Program-made: the position numbers and the translations under genes
Part shown: in pieces, positions 17,333-29,799 of the stretch
Position numbering within the stretch: position 1 is the first letter of the stretch
How the letters are laid out: every line of letters begins with the position of its first letter
NCBI GenBank assembly: GCA_963804245.1
Contig: CAWDPQ010000017.1
Location: 157,545 to 221,544 of the forward strand
Length of the DNA: 64,000 nt
Reading direction: 5' to 3'
From: an uncultured Acidobacteriota bacterium
GTDB lineage: Bacteria > Acidobacteriota > Vicinamibacteria > Vicinamibacterales > 2-12-FULL-66-21
Notes under the pieces: generated by a model
What the model saw: the letters and a program-made list of their open reading frames with translations, nothing else
Told to the model about the DNA's origin: nothing
Database searches by the model: none

Positions 17333-20300
17333 ATGTCGCGACTCTCATCGATTCGAACTGGTCTCGCGGTTCTGGCAGTCGTTACCTTCGCCACTGCTGC
17401 CGCCGCTCAGACCCCCGCCGTCATGGACCCCCGAGTTGTTGAATTCGATCCCTCGCCTGACCACAGCGCCACGCTCGCAGGACAAGCGGTCGTCACTCGG
17501 TACGACCTCGAGTTCTATCTCGTGGGCGGCGCGCAGGCGGTGCGGGTCACGAACCTCGGGAAACCATCGCCACAAGGCGACGGCAAGATACGAGTGGACT
17601 TCACAAGTCTTCTCAATCCCTGGCCAGCTGCGGGGACGACATACGAAGCCAAGGTCGCCGCGGTTGGACCGAATGGCACCGGGCGCAGTACTAACTCCAA
17701 TACATTCGCATTCACGTCACCGTGCAGTTCGTCGATCTCGCCGGGGAGCGTGTCGGTCGGCGGCGGCGCATCGAACGGCACCGTCACGGTGACTGCCGTC
17801 GGTGGCTGCGCTTGGACGGCGACGAGCGGCGCTGCGTGGCTCAGCATCACCGGCGGCGGAGGCGGCACCGGCAATGGCGTCGTGTCGTACGCGGTGGCAG
17901 CCAACACAACGACGGCGCAGCGACAGGGAAATCTGAGCATCGCCGGTCAGACCTTCACGGTGACGCAGGCCGCGGGGTGCACGTACTCGATCACGCCGAC
18001 GGCGACCAACGTGGCGGCAGGGGCCAGCACGGGCAATGTCGCAGTGAGCACCGGCGCCTCGTGCCAGTGGTCGGCGTCAAGCTCCGCAGCCTGGATCTCA
18101 ATCACCGGCGGCGCGTCTGGATCGGGTCCGGGGACCGTGAGCTACTCGCTGGCGGCCAATACCGGCACGACGTCGCGCACCGGCTCGGCGACTATTGCCG
18201 GACAGACGTTTTCGGTCACCCAGGAGGGCGTCCCCTGCAGCTACACGCTCAATCCCGTGAGTACAACGCTGGGCCCGGCGGCGGGTTCCGGCACGGTGGG
18301 CGTCACGGCACAGACCGGATGCTCGTGGACCGCGGCGAGCGGCGCCGCGTGGATCACGGTGACGTCAGGTGCCAGCGGTTCCGCCAGCGGCCAGGTGGGA
18401 TTCAGTGTCACCGCGAATCCGACGACCTCGTCGCGCAGCGGCGCCATCACCATCGGCGGACGTCCTTTCAACGTGACGCAGACCGGCCAGTCCTGCACGT
18501 ACTCGATCTCGCCCGTCAACACATCGGTCTCCGCCAGCGCAGCGACCGGCAACTTCAATGTCACAGCGCTCACCGGGTGTGCCTGGACGGCAACGTCCTC
18601 GGGGTCGTGGATCACGATCACATCGGGCGCGACAGGATCGGGCAACGGTCCCGTCGGCTATAGCATCGCGGCCAATCCCAACGTCGCCAGCCGCACGGGC
18701 AGCATCAGCGTCGGCGGACAGACGTACACCGTCAACCAGGCAGGAGTTGTTTGCACCGCGACGCTGAATCCGCTGAGTGCGTCGGTGGGTGCCGGAGGTT
18801 CGACCGGTAACACCGTCGGTGTCGCGATTCCTGCCGCCTGTCAGTGGACGGCGACGAGCAACGCGCAGTGGCTCAGCGTGACAAACGGCGCGTCCGGCAC
18901 AGGCAATGGTTCCGTCTTCTATAACGTCGCCACGAATACTTCCACGTCATCGCGTTCGGCGAGCTTGAGCATCGCCGGCCAGACGTTCAATGTCTCGCAG
19001 TCGGGCCTCACGTGCACATACACCGTGACGCCAACGGCCGCTCCGGCTCCCAACACCGCGGGCACGGGCAGCGTGTCGGTAGTGGCGGCGACCGGCTGTA
19101 ACTGGCAGGCATCGAGCCCGGTCGCGTGGCTGACGGTCACCAGCGGCGCCAGCGGCTCCGCCAATGGCAGCGTCAATTACTCGTTCGTCGCCAATCCAAC
19201 GACGCAGTCGCGACAGGGCGTTCTGACGGTCGCCGGGCAACCGGTCACCATCACGCAGGCGGCGGGCTGCGGCTACAGCATCACGCCCGCCAGCGCCTCG
19301 GTTACGGCGGCGGCCGGCAGCGGCACGATCGACGTCACGGCTGGCGGCACGTGCGCCTGGAGCGCGACCAGCCCGGTACAGTGGATTACATTCACCGCAC
19401 CTGCGTCGGGAAGCGGCAACGGCAGCGTCGGCTACAACGTCGCGGCCAACAGCAACAGCAGCTCGCGTTCGGCGACGATCACCGTCGCTGGACAGCCGTT
19501 CGTCGTCACGCAGGCTGGAGCGGCCTGCGACGCGACGCTGAACCCGGCCAGTCAGAACTTCACCGTCGCCGGCGGAAATGGCGGGACTGCGGTGACGGTG
19601 CCTGCCGGTTGCACATGGTCTGCTGTCCCAAGCGCGGCCTGGATCACGATCCTCACGGGCGCGACAGGCTCGGGCAACGGAAACGTGACCTACAGCGTGA
19701 GCGCCAACCCGAACGGAACGACCCGTAACGGAACCATCGCCATCGGCGGAAAACTCCTGAACGTGACACAGGATGCGGCGGCCTGCACGTCGACCGTGTC
19801 ATCGACGTCGGAGTCGTTCGAAAGTACGGGAGGCACCCGAAGCGTCTCGGTCACGACCCCGGCGGGCTGCTCGTGGACGGCGGCCAGCAACTCGCAGTGG
19901 ATCACAGTGACCTCCGGCGCCGGACCCAATACCTCTGGCAACGGCGCGGTGACCTTCCAGGTGGCCGCCAACGCCACGACCACGGCGCGCACGGGTTCGC
20001 TGACGATCGCGGGCAAGACCGTCAACGTCAACCAGGCGGGCACCTGCGATGTGACGCTGGCGCCGACCGGGGTCTCGGCAGGCGCTGCCGCATCGACCGG
20101 ATTGGTCGGCGTCGCGACCGGTGCGACGTGTACCTGGTCGGCGACGTCTTCAGCGGCCTGGCTCACCGTGACCAGTGGCGGCAGTGGCACGGGCAACGGG
20201 ACAATCGGCTACGCGATGACGGCGAACACGGGAGCGGCCAGGACGGCCAGCCTGACGATCGGCGGCCGGCAATTCTCGGTGCAACAGGCGGCGCCGGGAT

Positions 20301-21866
20301 GCAGCGTGTCGTTGTCACCAACGTCTATCGCCTTGACGCCGGGGATTGCCTTCAAAGGGATCACGGTCACCGCAGGCGCCGGTTGCACGTGGACGACGAC
20401 CAACACCGCGTCGTGGATCACGGTGACATCGGGCCTGAGTGGAACGGGCAATGGGTCGGTTTTCATGAACATCGCGGCGAACAATACGAATGCTGAACGC
20501 ACGGCAATCCTGACCATCGGCGGCCAGCAGGCCACCGTGACACAGGCAGGTCAGGGGTGCGCCATCACGCTGTCGCCGGTGTCGGTGACAGTGCCCGCGA
20601 GCGGATCGAGTGGTGCGATCACCGTGGCCGGATCCATCGCCTGCTCGTGGACCGCCACCAGCGGCGTACCGTGGATCACTGTGACCGCCGGTGGATCGGG
20701 TACTGGGAATGGGACCATCCAGTACACCGTTGCGGCGAACACGTCTTCGGCGCTGCGTTCGGGCGTCATCAGTATCGCCGGACGCACCTTCACGGTCACC
20801 CAGGAGGCCGCCGCGGCGACCGCAGGCTCTGTGCAACGCCACGCTCTCGAGCAACGGCATGGCGATTCCTTCGTCGGCGCTCAACATCAGCGTCGGCGTG
20901 AGCGTCACTGACGGCTGTGCGTGGGCAGCGACCTCCACCGCGCCGTGGATCTCCGTCGCGGCTCCGGCGGGAGGCCAGGGACAGGGACCTGGCAACGTCG
21001 GGTTTGCCATCGCCCAGAACACAGGGACCTCGACTCGCGTCGGCTCGGCCAACGTCGCGGGCAATACTTTCCAGGTGACCCAGGCGGGTGCGTGTCAGTA
21101 TTCGGTGACGCCGACGACGGTGTCGCTCGGCAGCGCGGCAGGCGCGGCCGGCGTCTCCGTCACGGCGGGTGTTGGCTGCGAATGGACGGCTCAGAGCTCG
21201 GTGCCGTGGATCACGTTGAACAGTTCCAGCGGCACGGGCGGCGGCACAGTGGGCCTGAACGTCTCAGCCAACACCACTTCTTCCGCGCGATCGGCGACGT
21301 TGACGATCGCCGGCGCTACGGTGACCGTCAACCAGCAGGCCGGAGCGGCGTGCACAGTCACCGTCAGCCCGCGCAGTCTGAGTCCGCATTTCAAGGGGTC
21401 GGATGAATCGCTCGCGATTACGACGTCGGCTGGATGTGCCTGGAGCGCAACGACCAGTGTGCAGTGGCTGACGTTCCCGAGGGGCAATTCAGGAACCGGC
21501 GGCGGTACGCTGACGGTTCACGTCCCGGCCAATACGACCGGCGAGGCGCGAGTCGGCATGATCGTCGTCGGCGGCGCCAGCGTGACCGTGACGCAGCGCT
21601 CGGGCAAGGCGCCGAAACCGCCCGTAGGCGTGGTGGTGCAGGAGACCGCAGAAGGAGAAACAGTAGGGAGACCTAGTGGCTCGAGCCGCAGGCTCCCTCG
21701 ACCGCTTCGAGTAACGCGCGGAACTCGATCGGTTTTCTCAGGCAGGGCGCGCGGAGACGTTGAACCATCTCGGTGTGCTCGGCGACCGCGGTCACGCAGA
21801 CCACGGGAACGTCAGCAAGGGATGGTTCACGTAGCTGTTCGGCTCGAAACTCCCAGCCGTCCATGA
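17333..21866 (+). CDS. Large exported protein with 15 Cys-paired BACON-like repeats, frameshift near 20830; true stop may be near 21666
   Basis: Signal peptide, FnIII-like N-domain, then repeats C-x-Y-S-x-x-P...C-x-W-x-A...W-I-T...G-x-G-x-G-x-V...A-N...R...V-T-Q (12 in ORF 17321, 3 in ORF 20691). Confidence 0.85.
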
Positions 21867-22035
21867 TCGGCATCATGAGGTCGAGGAGCACGAGGCAAGG
21901 GCGCCGGTGCCGCATCTGCTCCAACGCCTCTCGGCCGTTGGCCGCGGTCATCGTCTCGAAGCCGTGATTTGTGAGCAGGACGTTCATGAGCTCACGAACG
22001 TCCATGTCGTCCTCGACAATCAGCACGCAAGGCAT
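21673..22035 (-). CDS. Single-domain response regulator
   Basis: VLIVEDD...[11 protein letters not shown]...LRKP. Confidence 0.88.
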   Translation of the reverse strand: MPCVLIVEDDMDVRELMNVLLTNHGFETMTAANGREALEQMRHRRPCLVLLDLMMPIMDGWEFRAEQLREPSLADVPVVCVTAVAEHTEMVQRLRAPCLRKPIEFRALLEAVEGACGSSH

Positions 22036-22432
22036 GAGCGGCGAACCGGCGGGCAGTATATACCCGTAGCAACGCACTTTTCCGCCACCCGGGCCGCCGA
22101 CCCAGGTTACCCTCACCAGCACCTTCGAACTCGACGGCGCCACTCAGCCTGGCGCCGTCGACCACTCCCGAGAAGTCGCCGACCAGCTCAACAAGTACGT
22201 CCCATTTCTCTGAGCGTTCTGGCAGGATGCATGCTCACCGCTGACCGTCTGGCCCGCCGGGGCTTCTTCCGATCGCCAGACGATCACGGCGTCCCCCAAT
22301 CTGAACGTCGGGAGCCCCGCGGGTCGACTCGACCGACCGTCGTGTAAGAAAGGCGTCTCCATGTCAGGCCCTCAACTCGATTTTGCGCAAGCGACGCTGT
22401 AGCTGGAGCAGGATGGCGACGATATATGGCCC

Positions 22433-22615
22433 ATGGCAAACGACGATGAAACGCTGGCACGACTCAGAGCGCTCGCCGACCGGCTCGAGCGCTTGAGGCA
22501 GCAGGCTCGAGAGGTGCACAACGTCGCGGCCGACCAGGTCAGGTCGGCCCATCTCAGCACTCGACAGCGAAAAGTGCCGAACGGGACGGAGCGTCGCGTC
22601 GGCAAGCGGTCCTGA
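22433..22615 (+). CDS. Small coiled-coil hypothetical protein (60 aa)
   Basis: Amphipathic helix and C-terminal ERRVGKR; no family recognised. Confidence 0.45.
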   Translation: MANDDETLARLRALADRLERLRQQAREVHNVAADQVRSAHLSTRQRKVPNGTERRVGKRS

Positions 22616-22785
22616 ACAGCTCGGCCGTCGATTGACCTCCGCGGATCCGCAGCCTCCTCCCACAACCGCGTTTCCGCGCCACAGTTCCAGCCGCACCGCG
22701 TAAGCCATCCGAGCTCCGGATTCAAACTCCGGGCAGACCGCGGCGCTTGCAAATCAGTACCGCGCATGATGGTGTTGGTGCTGCG

Positions 22786-24336
22786 ATGCGACACTCCCGA
22801 CGGAACCTGCTCGTGGCCTCCCTGCTGTTGGCGATTGTTGCCGTCGTGTTCCTGTCACTCGGCATTCGGGCGGCCCCGCACGTGCGGAATCAGGTTGTCG
22901 CATCGGTGAACGAACGATTTCAGGCGGGACTTTCGCTCGACGCGTTCCAGGTGAGCGTGTTCCCTCGTCCGGAAGTCAGGGGGGCGGGACTCGCCGTCAG
23001 CTGGCACAACCGCAGCGACGTGCCGCCGCTGATTCGTATCGGCAGTTTCGGCGCCTCCGCCGGGGTGTTCGGCCTGATTGGAACGCCCGTACGGCTGCGG
23101 ACCGTGCAGTTGGATCGCCTCGAGATTCACATCCCGCCCGGAGGAATCAAGGGCGCGCGCGCATCCGAGCCGGCGCCCGACCGCGAGCGCGAACACTCAC
23201 CTGTTCGGCTGACGATCGACGAGATCGTCGCGAGCGCTGCGCAGCTGCAGATTGCGTCGAAGGATCCCGCGAAACTGCCGCGCGTGTTCGACATTCACGA
23301 TCTGCATATTTTCGAGTACGGACAGAAGGACGGCGCCAGCTTCCGCGCCTCACTGACCAACCCGACGCCCCAGGGTCACATCGCCACGACCGGTGTCTTC
23401 GGTCCGTGGAATTCGGAGGAACCCAGGACGACACCGGTACGCGGGAAATACACCTTCACCAACGCCGACATGAACACCATCAAGGGACTCGACGGGACTC
23501 TCTCCTCTCACGGCGAGTACACCGGCGTGCTCGAACGGATTGCGGTCACCGGCGAAACGGATACGCCCGACTTCTCGATTGATATCGCTGGCCAACCGGT
23601 GCCACTCAAGACGACATTCAAGGCCATCGTCGACGGCACAAATGGAAACACCTACCTCGAAGAGGTGGATGCACGGCTGATCGACTCCCACATCCTGGCG
23701 AAGGGCTCCGTCGTACGCACCAAGGATGTCAAAGGCCGGCATGTCGCGCTCGACATCGTCATCGATCAGGCGCGCATCGAAGATCTGCTCAAGCTGGCCA
23801 TCAAAGGCGCGAAGGCTCCTCTGACGGGCGCGGTGAAGGTCAAGACCACGTTCAACCTGCCCGCGGGAGAATTGGATGTGATTCAGCGTCTTCGCCTCGC
23901 CGGCGAGTTCGCGCTCGACAAGGCACGCTTCACCAACTTCAACGTGCAGAAGCGCATCAACCTGCTGAGTAAAAAAGGACGGACCGACGACTCACCGGAC
24001 GAGGCGGAAAGCGTCGTGTCGGCGCTGCGCGGGCGATTCGAACTGAAGAACGCGACGTTGTCGTTTCCCAGTCTGACTTTCGCCGTGCCCGGTGCGATCG
24101 TGCAGCTCGCGGGGACCTGTAATCTGGCCAACGAAGGCCTCGATTTCACCGGCCAGCTCCTCCTCGATGCCAGTTTGAGCGAAACGACGTCGGGTATGAA
24201 GGCCGTGCTGGCGACGATTGCGCAGCCGCTCTTTCAGCGGAAGGGTGGCGGCTCGCGCATCCCGATCAAGATCGGCGGTACGTGGACGAAACCCAGCTTC
24301 GGGCTCGATGTGAAACGCGTGTTCGGCCGCGGGTAA
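22786..24336 (+). CDS. AsmA-like (TamB/AsmA superfamily) protein
   Basis: N-terminal TM anchor, long beta-rich body, AsmA-like C-terminus (GAIVQLAGT...LDFTG...IPIKIGGTWTKP). Confidence 0.75.
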   Translation: MRHSRRNLLVASLLLAIVAVVFLSLGIRAAPHVRNQVVASVNERFQAGLSLDAFQVSVFPRPEVRGAGLAVSWHNRSDVPPLIRIGSFGASAGVFGLIGTPVRLRTVQLDRLEIHIPPGGIKGARASEPAPDREREHSPVRLTIDEIVASAAQLQIASKDPAKLPRVFDIHDLHIFEYGQKDGASFRASLTNPTPQGHIATTGVFGPWNSEEPRTTPVRGKYTFTNADMNTIKGLDGTLSSHGEYTGVLERIAVTGETDTPDFSIDIAGQPVPLKTTFKAIVDGTNGNTYLEEVDARLIDSHILAKGSVVRTKDVKGRHVALDIVIDQARIEDLLKLAIKGAKAPLTGAVKVKTTFNLPAGELDVIQRLRLAGEFALDKARFTNFNVQKRINLLSKKGRTDDSPDEAESVVSALRGRFELKNATLSFPSLTFAVPGAIVQLAGTCNLANEGLDFTGQLLLDASLSETTSGMKAVLATIAQPLFQRKGGGSRIPIKIGGTWTKPSFGLDVKRVFGRG

Positions 24337-24434
24337 CGCTAGTTACTCGGGCCGGGTGCCCGGCAGCGCTGACAGGTCCGCGGAGATATAATTCGGGCTC
24401 CCCGTGAAGATTCGCCCCAGACGAAGGAGGATCC

Positions 24435-25358
24435 GTGCGCCATACGGCGCGCTTCGTGGTCGCGGTCCTGGTCATCGTCGCGTTTCCACGGCCGGCAACG
24501 GCACAGACCGTCGTCGATCTGCCCGGCCGGGAAACGCGAGAGGTGATCAGGGATAGCCCTGTCTACATCACTGCAGATTCGTCGCTCGTGCCGCTGACCA
24601 CATTGAGCGAGGGCACGCGCGTTTCCGTTCGCCGGCGCTCGGCTGAGTGGACGCTGATCGAATTCACCGATCCGCGCTGGGGCGTGCGGACTGCCTACAT
24701 TCGAACCGACGCGTTGTCGCCATCCGGTACGGTGGTCAATACGCCCGCGGCTGACGACACCGCAGGCCTCACGGCGAGACCTCCGTCGCGTCGCCCCGCC
24801 CCCGACCCGCACGATCCATACATCAAGTTCAGCGTGGACGAGGCGATCCAGTTCGGCAAGAAGGAGGCAGACGTACAGGTCTACTGGCTCCAGGCGACCG
24901 AGCGCTGGAGCTATCCCCCACGGGTGGCGGCATACACGACGCCCTTTCTGAGGGTCGCGCTGGCGGCCAGCGACGCGAAGAAGAAATCGCAACCTTTCGG
25001 CACGGCCGACGTGACGCGGAACATGACCGAGGCGGCCGTGCACATCATCGGGCTCGATCAGGACGTGAAGGGCGGCGCGATTGCCAATGTCGATAGGATC
25101 TTCGTCATGCCGAAAGGCGTCAAAGACCCGACCCGCGCCGTGCTGCCGGTGCACACCGAACAGCTTTCCGAAGAGTACAAGCACACCATCGGCTTCACGG
25201 CCGGCGAACGCGGCGTGATTGCCGTGTTTCCGCTCTCCATTCTTCGCGAGGGCAACGAAGTACACGTGATCTTCGACAGGAAAATCCTCGATGCAAGAGG
25301 CGGAGCGTCCTATTGCGCCGATTGCGCGGTGCCCATCAAGTTGAAGGGCGTTCGCTGA
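24435..25358 (+). CDS. Exported SH3b-domain protein
   Basis: Signal peptide; VYITADSS...LSEGTRVSV...WTLIEF...AYIRTDAL. Confidence 0.65.
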   Translation: MRHTARFVVAVLVIVAFPRPATAQTVVDLPGRETREVIRDSPVYITADSSLVPLTTLSEGTRVSVRRRSAEWTLIEFTDPRWGVRTAYIRTDALSPSGTVVNTPAADDTAGLTARPPSRRPAPDPHDPYIKFSVDEAIQFGKKEADVQVYWLQATERWSYPPRVAAYTTPFLRVALAASDAKKKSQPFGTADVTRNMTEAAVHIIGLDQDVKGGAIANVDRIFVMPKGVKDPTRAVLPVHTEQLSEEYKHTIGFTAGERGVIAVFPLSILREGNEVHVIFDRKILDARGGASYCADCAVPIKLKGVR

Positions 25359-25362
25359 CGCC

Positions 25363-26208
25363 GTGACGAAGACCGCGGTTCTCGTCCGCTCTTTACTGGC
25401 GAGCGGGATCGCGCTTGTCGCCACTCCCCTCCCAGCGGCGGGCGCCGAACCCGATCTCTCGATCCTGCTGCGCCGCGCCGGTGAGTACGTGCGCAGCTAC
25501 CATGAGACCCTGACGACGATCGTCGCTGACGAGATGTACGTGCAGCGCGCGACCCGGCTGAACGAGGATGAGCAAGAGCGAACGCTGAAATCGGAGTTCG
25601 CACTCGTCCGCGGCGCGCCGGGAGAGGATCTCTGGCTCGCCATCCGCGACGTCGTCGAAGTGGACGGCAAGCGGATCGCGGAGCAATCGCGGCTGCACGC
25701 GCTGCTCACAGGCGCCCGCGGCAGCCTTCGCGCCGCGGCCCTGGCGATAGCGACCGAACAAGCGAAGTACAACCTCGGTGACATCTTTCGTACGATCAAC
25801 ATCCCTACCCTGCCGCTGGAATTTTTGCTGCCCGATCGCCGGTCACGATTTCGCTTCACACGAACGGGAACGGTGGCGCTATCGGGAAGCAGCGCGGGCG
25901 CGGTGAGCTACGAGGAACGCTCGCGTCCCACGATTATCAGGACGCCGAATGGTCGCGATGTGGTTTCGAAAGGGATGGTGTGGATCGACGAGACGACGGG
26001 ACAGGTGCTGAAGACGGAGCTGAATACAGTCGGCCCGAGAGGGCTCCGTGCGGTCATCACCGTGTCCTACGGGTTCGAGCCGAGGCTCGGATTTCTCGTG
26101 CCGGTTACCATGCGCGAATCGTACAGTGCGGGCGCGACTCAGATCAGCGCCGTCGCGACGTACAGCAATTTCCGCCGGTTCGAGACGGAGTCGCGCATTG
26201 TGAAGTAG
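25363..26208 (+). CDS. Exported beta-rich hypothetical protein
   Basis: Signal peptide; GMVWIDETTGQVLKTE...LVPVTMRESY...ATYSNFRRF pattern (LolA/RseB-like fold suspected). Confidence 0.7.
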   Translation: MTKTAVLVRSLLASGIALVATPLPAAGAEPDLSILLRRAGEYVRSYHETLTTIVADEMYVQRATRLNEDEQERTLKSEFALVRGAPGEDLWLAIRDVVEVDGKRIAEQSRLHALLTGARGSLRAAALAIATEQAKYNLGDIFRTINIPTLPLEFLLPDRRSRFRFTRTGTVALSGSSAGAVSYEERSRPTIIRTPNGRDVVSKGMVWIDETTGQVLKTELNTVGPRGLRAVITVSYGFEPRLGFLVPVTMRESYSAGATQISAVATYSNFRRFETESRIVK

Positions 26209-26453
26209 GGTTCAGCCAGTCGACGTTCGAGCCGCGCGAACGACGCGACCTAGTCCCGCGTTGATCGGAGAGCTGCGGTCAAACTATCATGGGCGTCGAC
26301 GTTTTCCACGGGTCAAGCATGGTCATGGTCGGACACTACCAATCCATCGGCTGTGGGCGCGTTCGTTGAAGCCAGGGCCCCTCCGAGCTACACTTCGGCT
26401 CACATCAAGGTCGACCCATCGGTCAACATGGCCAGCACGCCGTTGGTGAGAGA

Positions 26454-28970
26454 GTGACGAGTTCCAGGCGGCTCCAGACCGGCTCCGAACTCGGCGCCTA
26501 TCGCCTGGAAACTCTTCTCGGCGCAGGCGGCATGGGCGAGGTGTACCGGGCAAAGGATGTTCGACTCGGCCGATCGGTGGCGATCAAGGTCCTGCTCCCG
26601 GAAATTTCTGTCGATCTCGAAGCCCGACGGCGTTTCGAACGCGAAGCCCGCGCCATCGCGAATCTGAACCATCCCAACATCTGTACGCTGCATGACATCG
26701 GATCCGAAGATGGCGTTGATTACATCGTGATGGAGTACCTCGAGGGCGACACGCTCGCCGCAGTCCTGGCGACGCGTCGCCTGCCAATGGACCGTGTTCT
26801 TGGTCACGGGATCGCGATCGCCAGCGCACTCGCCGCCGCCCACCAGCAGAGCATCGTGCATCGCGACCTGAAGCCAGGGAACATCATTCTGACCAAGTCC
26901 GGTATCAAGGTCCTCGATTTTGGCTTGGCCAAGTTCCCCGACGGCAGCGCGGTCGTCCTGAACGACGAGACGTTGGCAGCTCAGCCGATGGTACTGGTAC
27001 GCCTGCCTACATGGCGCCCGAGCAGCGAGCCGGTAAGGAATGCGACGCGCGAACGGACATCTACGCTTTCGGCCTTCTCCTCGCAGAAATGGCGACTGGC
27101 CGGAGGCGCATGTCCGCGTACGAGCCGTTGCCTTCCGACCTGCCGCCGCAGTTTGCCTTCGTCGTCGAACGCTGCCTCGCACACGACCCTGATGATCGGT
27201 GGCAATCGTGCACCGATGTCCGTCTCGCGCTCGAGTGCGTAGCCATCGCCGGGGCTCAGCTTCAGCATTCCGCCACTCGCCCACCGAGTTGCCGCTCATA
27301 CGGTTCAGCGTTGATCTGGGCCGCAATGCCGTGCCCGGTTTACGAACGACCGTCGCGTTCTCGCCTGACGCAAGGAGAGTGGTGTTTCTTGCGCGCGGCG
27401 CTGACGGCAAGCAGCGCGCTGGCGACACGGCTCATGGCAGAAGCGCAGACGACACTACTAAAGGGCACGGAGAACGCGCAGGATCCGTTCTTCTCGCCGG
27501 ATGGCAAGTGGCTGGGGTTCTTCGCCGACTACAGACTCAAGCGGGTCTCCGTGGAGGGCGGTGCACCCGTGACCGTGTGTGAGGCGCGAACTTCCGCGGC
27601 GCCAGTTGGACCGACAACGACACGATCGTGCTCGCGCCGCACATGTTCGGTGGCCTCGTGCGCGTCCCGCCGCCGGGGGTGTCCCTGAGCCATTCACATC
27701 GCTCGCGGAGACGTGAGATAGCGCATGCCTGGCCGCAGGTCGTTGCCGCGGGGCAAGCGGTGCTCTTCACGGGCGGCGCTGCCGATGCGCCGAACGTGCA
27801 GGCGAGGTCTCTCGTCAACCCGGCGAGACGAAGGTCGTCACGGCGGCCGGCTACTGCGGCCGCTATGTTCCCTGCGGACACGTCATCTATGTCCACAAGA
27901 ACACGCTATTCGCCGTGCCTTTCGACATCGACAGCCTCGAAACCCGCGGTGTGCCCGTGCCCATCGTGGACGATATGGCGGATGACGTCACCGATCGGAC
28001 AGCGCATTTCGACTTCGCGAACGACGGAACACTCGTCTACTTGAGCCGCGATGCCGTCAGACCTCCAGCCGCACGATCGCTTTGATGGATTCGTCGGGTC
28101 AAATCGTCAAGCTGCTCGAAACGCCTGGACGGTATTCGTATCTCTTTCCCTCACCGGATGGAAGGAAGCTCGCGTTCATCTCCGGCCAGGACGTCTGGGT
28201 ACTCGACATGAAGCGAGGGCGGCCATCACGCGTGTCGTTCAACACGATTGACAATCAGTGGCCGGTATGGGGGCCCGACAGCGCGCATCTCGTGTTCAGC
28301 GCACAGAACAGGAAGGGCACCGGACGATCGCTGTGGTGGATTCGGGCGGATGGCTCCGAAGAGCCGCAGCTTCTCTTCGAAGGCGACGACGAACTGCATC
28401 CGTCGTCAGTATCGCCAGATGGCACGTACGTGGCCGTCCATCGCCGCAGCCCCGAAACCCTCTACGACATCTGGATGCTGCCCCTCGACTGCACCGATCC
28501 GGAGCGGCCGAAGGCAGGGGCCCTCGAGGAGTATCTGCGCACTCCGGTGAACGAATGGGGCGCAGTGTTCTCGCCGAACGGGCGGTGGGTAGCCTACTGC
28601 TCGGACGAGTCAGGCACGGGCGAGATTTACGTGCGGCCATTTCGCGGGCGCGGTGGGCGGTGGCTCGTCTCGAGCGGCGGCATCGCCGGCACGACTGCCC
28701 ACTGGCCCAGCGGCGGTCGAGCGCTGTACTACCTCAGTACGGATCGACACATCATGGAGGTGACATACACGGAAGAGGGCAACTCATTTGTCGCTGACGA
28801 ACCGCGCGCTGGTCGGAAGCGACCCTGCCGTTCGCGGCGTTCAATGTCAGCCCAGATACCACGCGGGCGATCATCGCGGCCCCTGCCGAACCTCTGGACG
28901 CCCGCCAAACCCTGCACGTGACTTTTCTCCTGAATCTGTTCGACGAGCTTCGCCGACGTGCGCCTGCCCT
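26454..28970 (+). pseudogene. Hanks Ser/Thr kinase-TolB/PD40 propeller fusion, multiply frameshifted
   Basis: LGAGGMGEVY, HRDLKPGN, DFGLAK, YMAPEQ, then SPDG repeats across at least six frame changes; TM segment appears missing. Confidence 0.85.
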
Positions 28971-29034
28971 GTTCAGTGACAGCAACGACCAGTTCCAGGC
29001 GCGTGGCAATGAGCTGAAGACAGCTGGCGATCCT

Positions 29035-29578
29035 TCAGGTCTGCGCCGGTTGCTGCGCCGTTCCAGCGAATCGTGCCTCTCTCTCGCGGGTCAGGTGCGG
29101 CACGATGCCGAGTTGCCGCTCGATCAACATCAGCTGTCCGCGGTGATGCATCTCGTGCTCTTTGATCGAGAGGAGCATTTCGAATCGGCTTTTCGCCGGC
29201 TGGCCGCCTGGCATCGAGACCCTCTCAGCCAATACCCCCTCGCTCAGGCCCTCGAGAAACGATGCGAACGCCTCGGCCGACCGCTGGAGCAGGTCGATGA
29301 TCTCCGCCTTCGTGCGTGGCACGTGCTCCTCGGCGCTTGTCCTTCCCGAATCGTCCTGAAAAATCGTAGCCTTCAAGCGATGCCACACGCTGGCTGTGCA
29401 ATTCCTGCTGCCACGCGGGTAATCAGGCGATGTGGACAGCAGTTGCGAAACCGTGCGCGTGTTGGGCGCGGCTCTGTAGGTGTATTTGTCTTCCGGAATA
29501 TCCTGCGGCAATGGCGATTGTGTTTTTTCGCACGGTGCGAAACGCATGGGCGAGATGCTTGCCTCCGTAATACGTCAT
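29035..29578 (-). pseudogene. DinB/DUF664 family protein, frameshifted
   Basis: AAGGAGGAG RBS; MTYYGGKHLAHAFRTVRKNT joins DIPEDKY...KEHEMHHRGQL...GIVP. Confidence 0.75.
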
Positions 29579-29799
29579 CGCTCCTCCTTACGCCGCGAAG
29601 GCGTCACGAAACAACAAGACGTGACTATACCAGCATGCCGGCGTGTCAGCGTGCGCCGCCACGCGCTCTCTCAAGGCGTTGCATAGGCGTTTTTCGAACA
29701 AAATGGGAAGACGGCACCAATGAACACGAGACACACCGGTCCGCTGATCCGTAGCCGATGAGTAGACGATCCCAGCGCATCTTCGACATCGGAGCTGCA

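Noticed and set aside
22144-22362. 72-aa minus-strand ORF
   Set aside because: No recognisable motif or RBS; cannot be distinguished from a chance ORF
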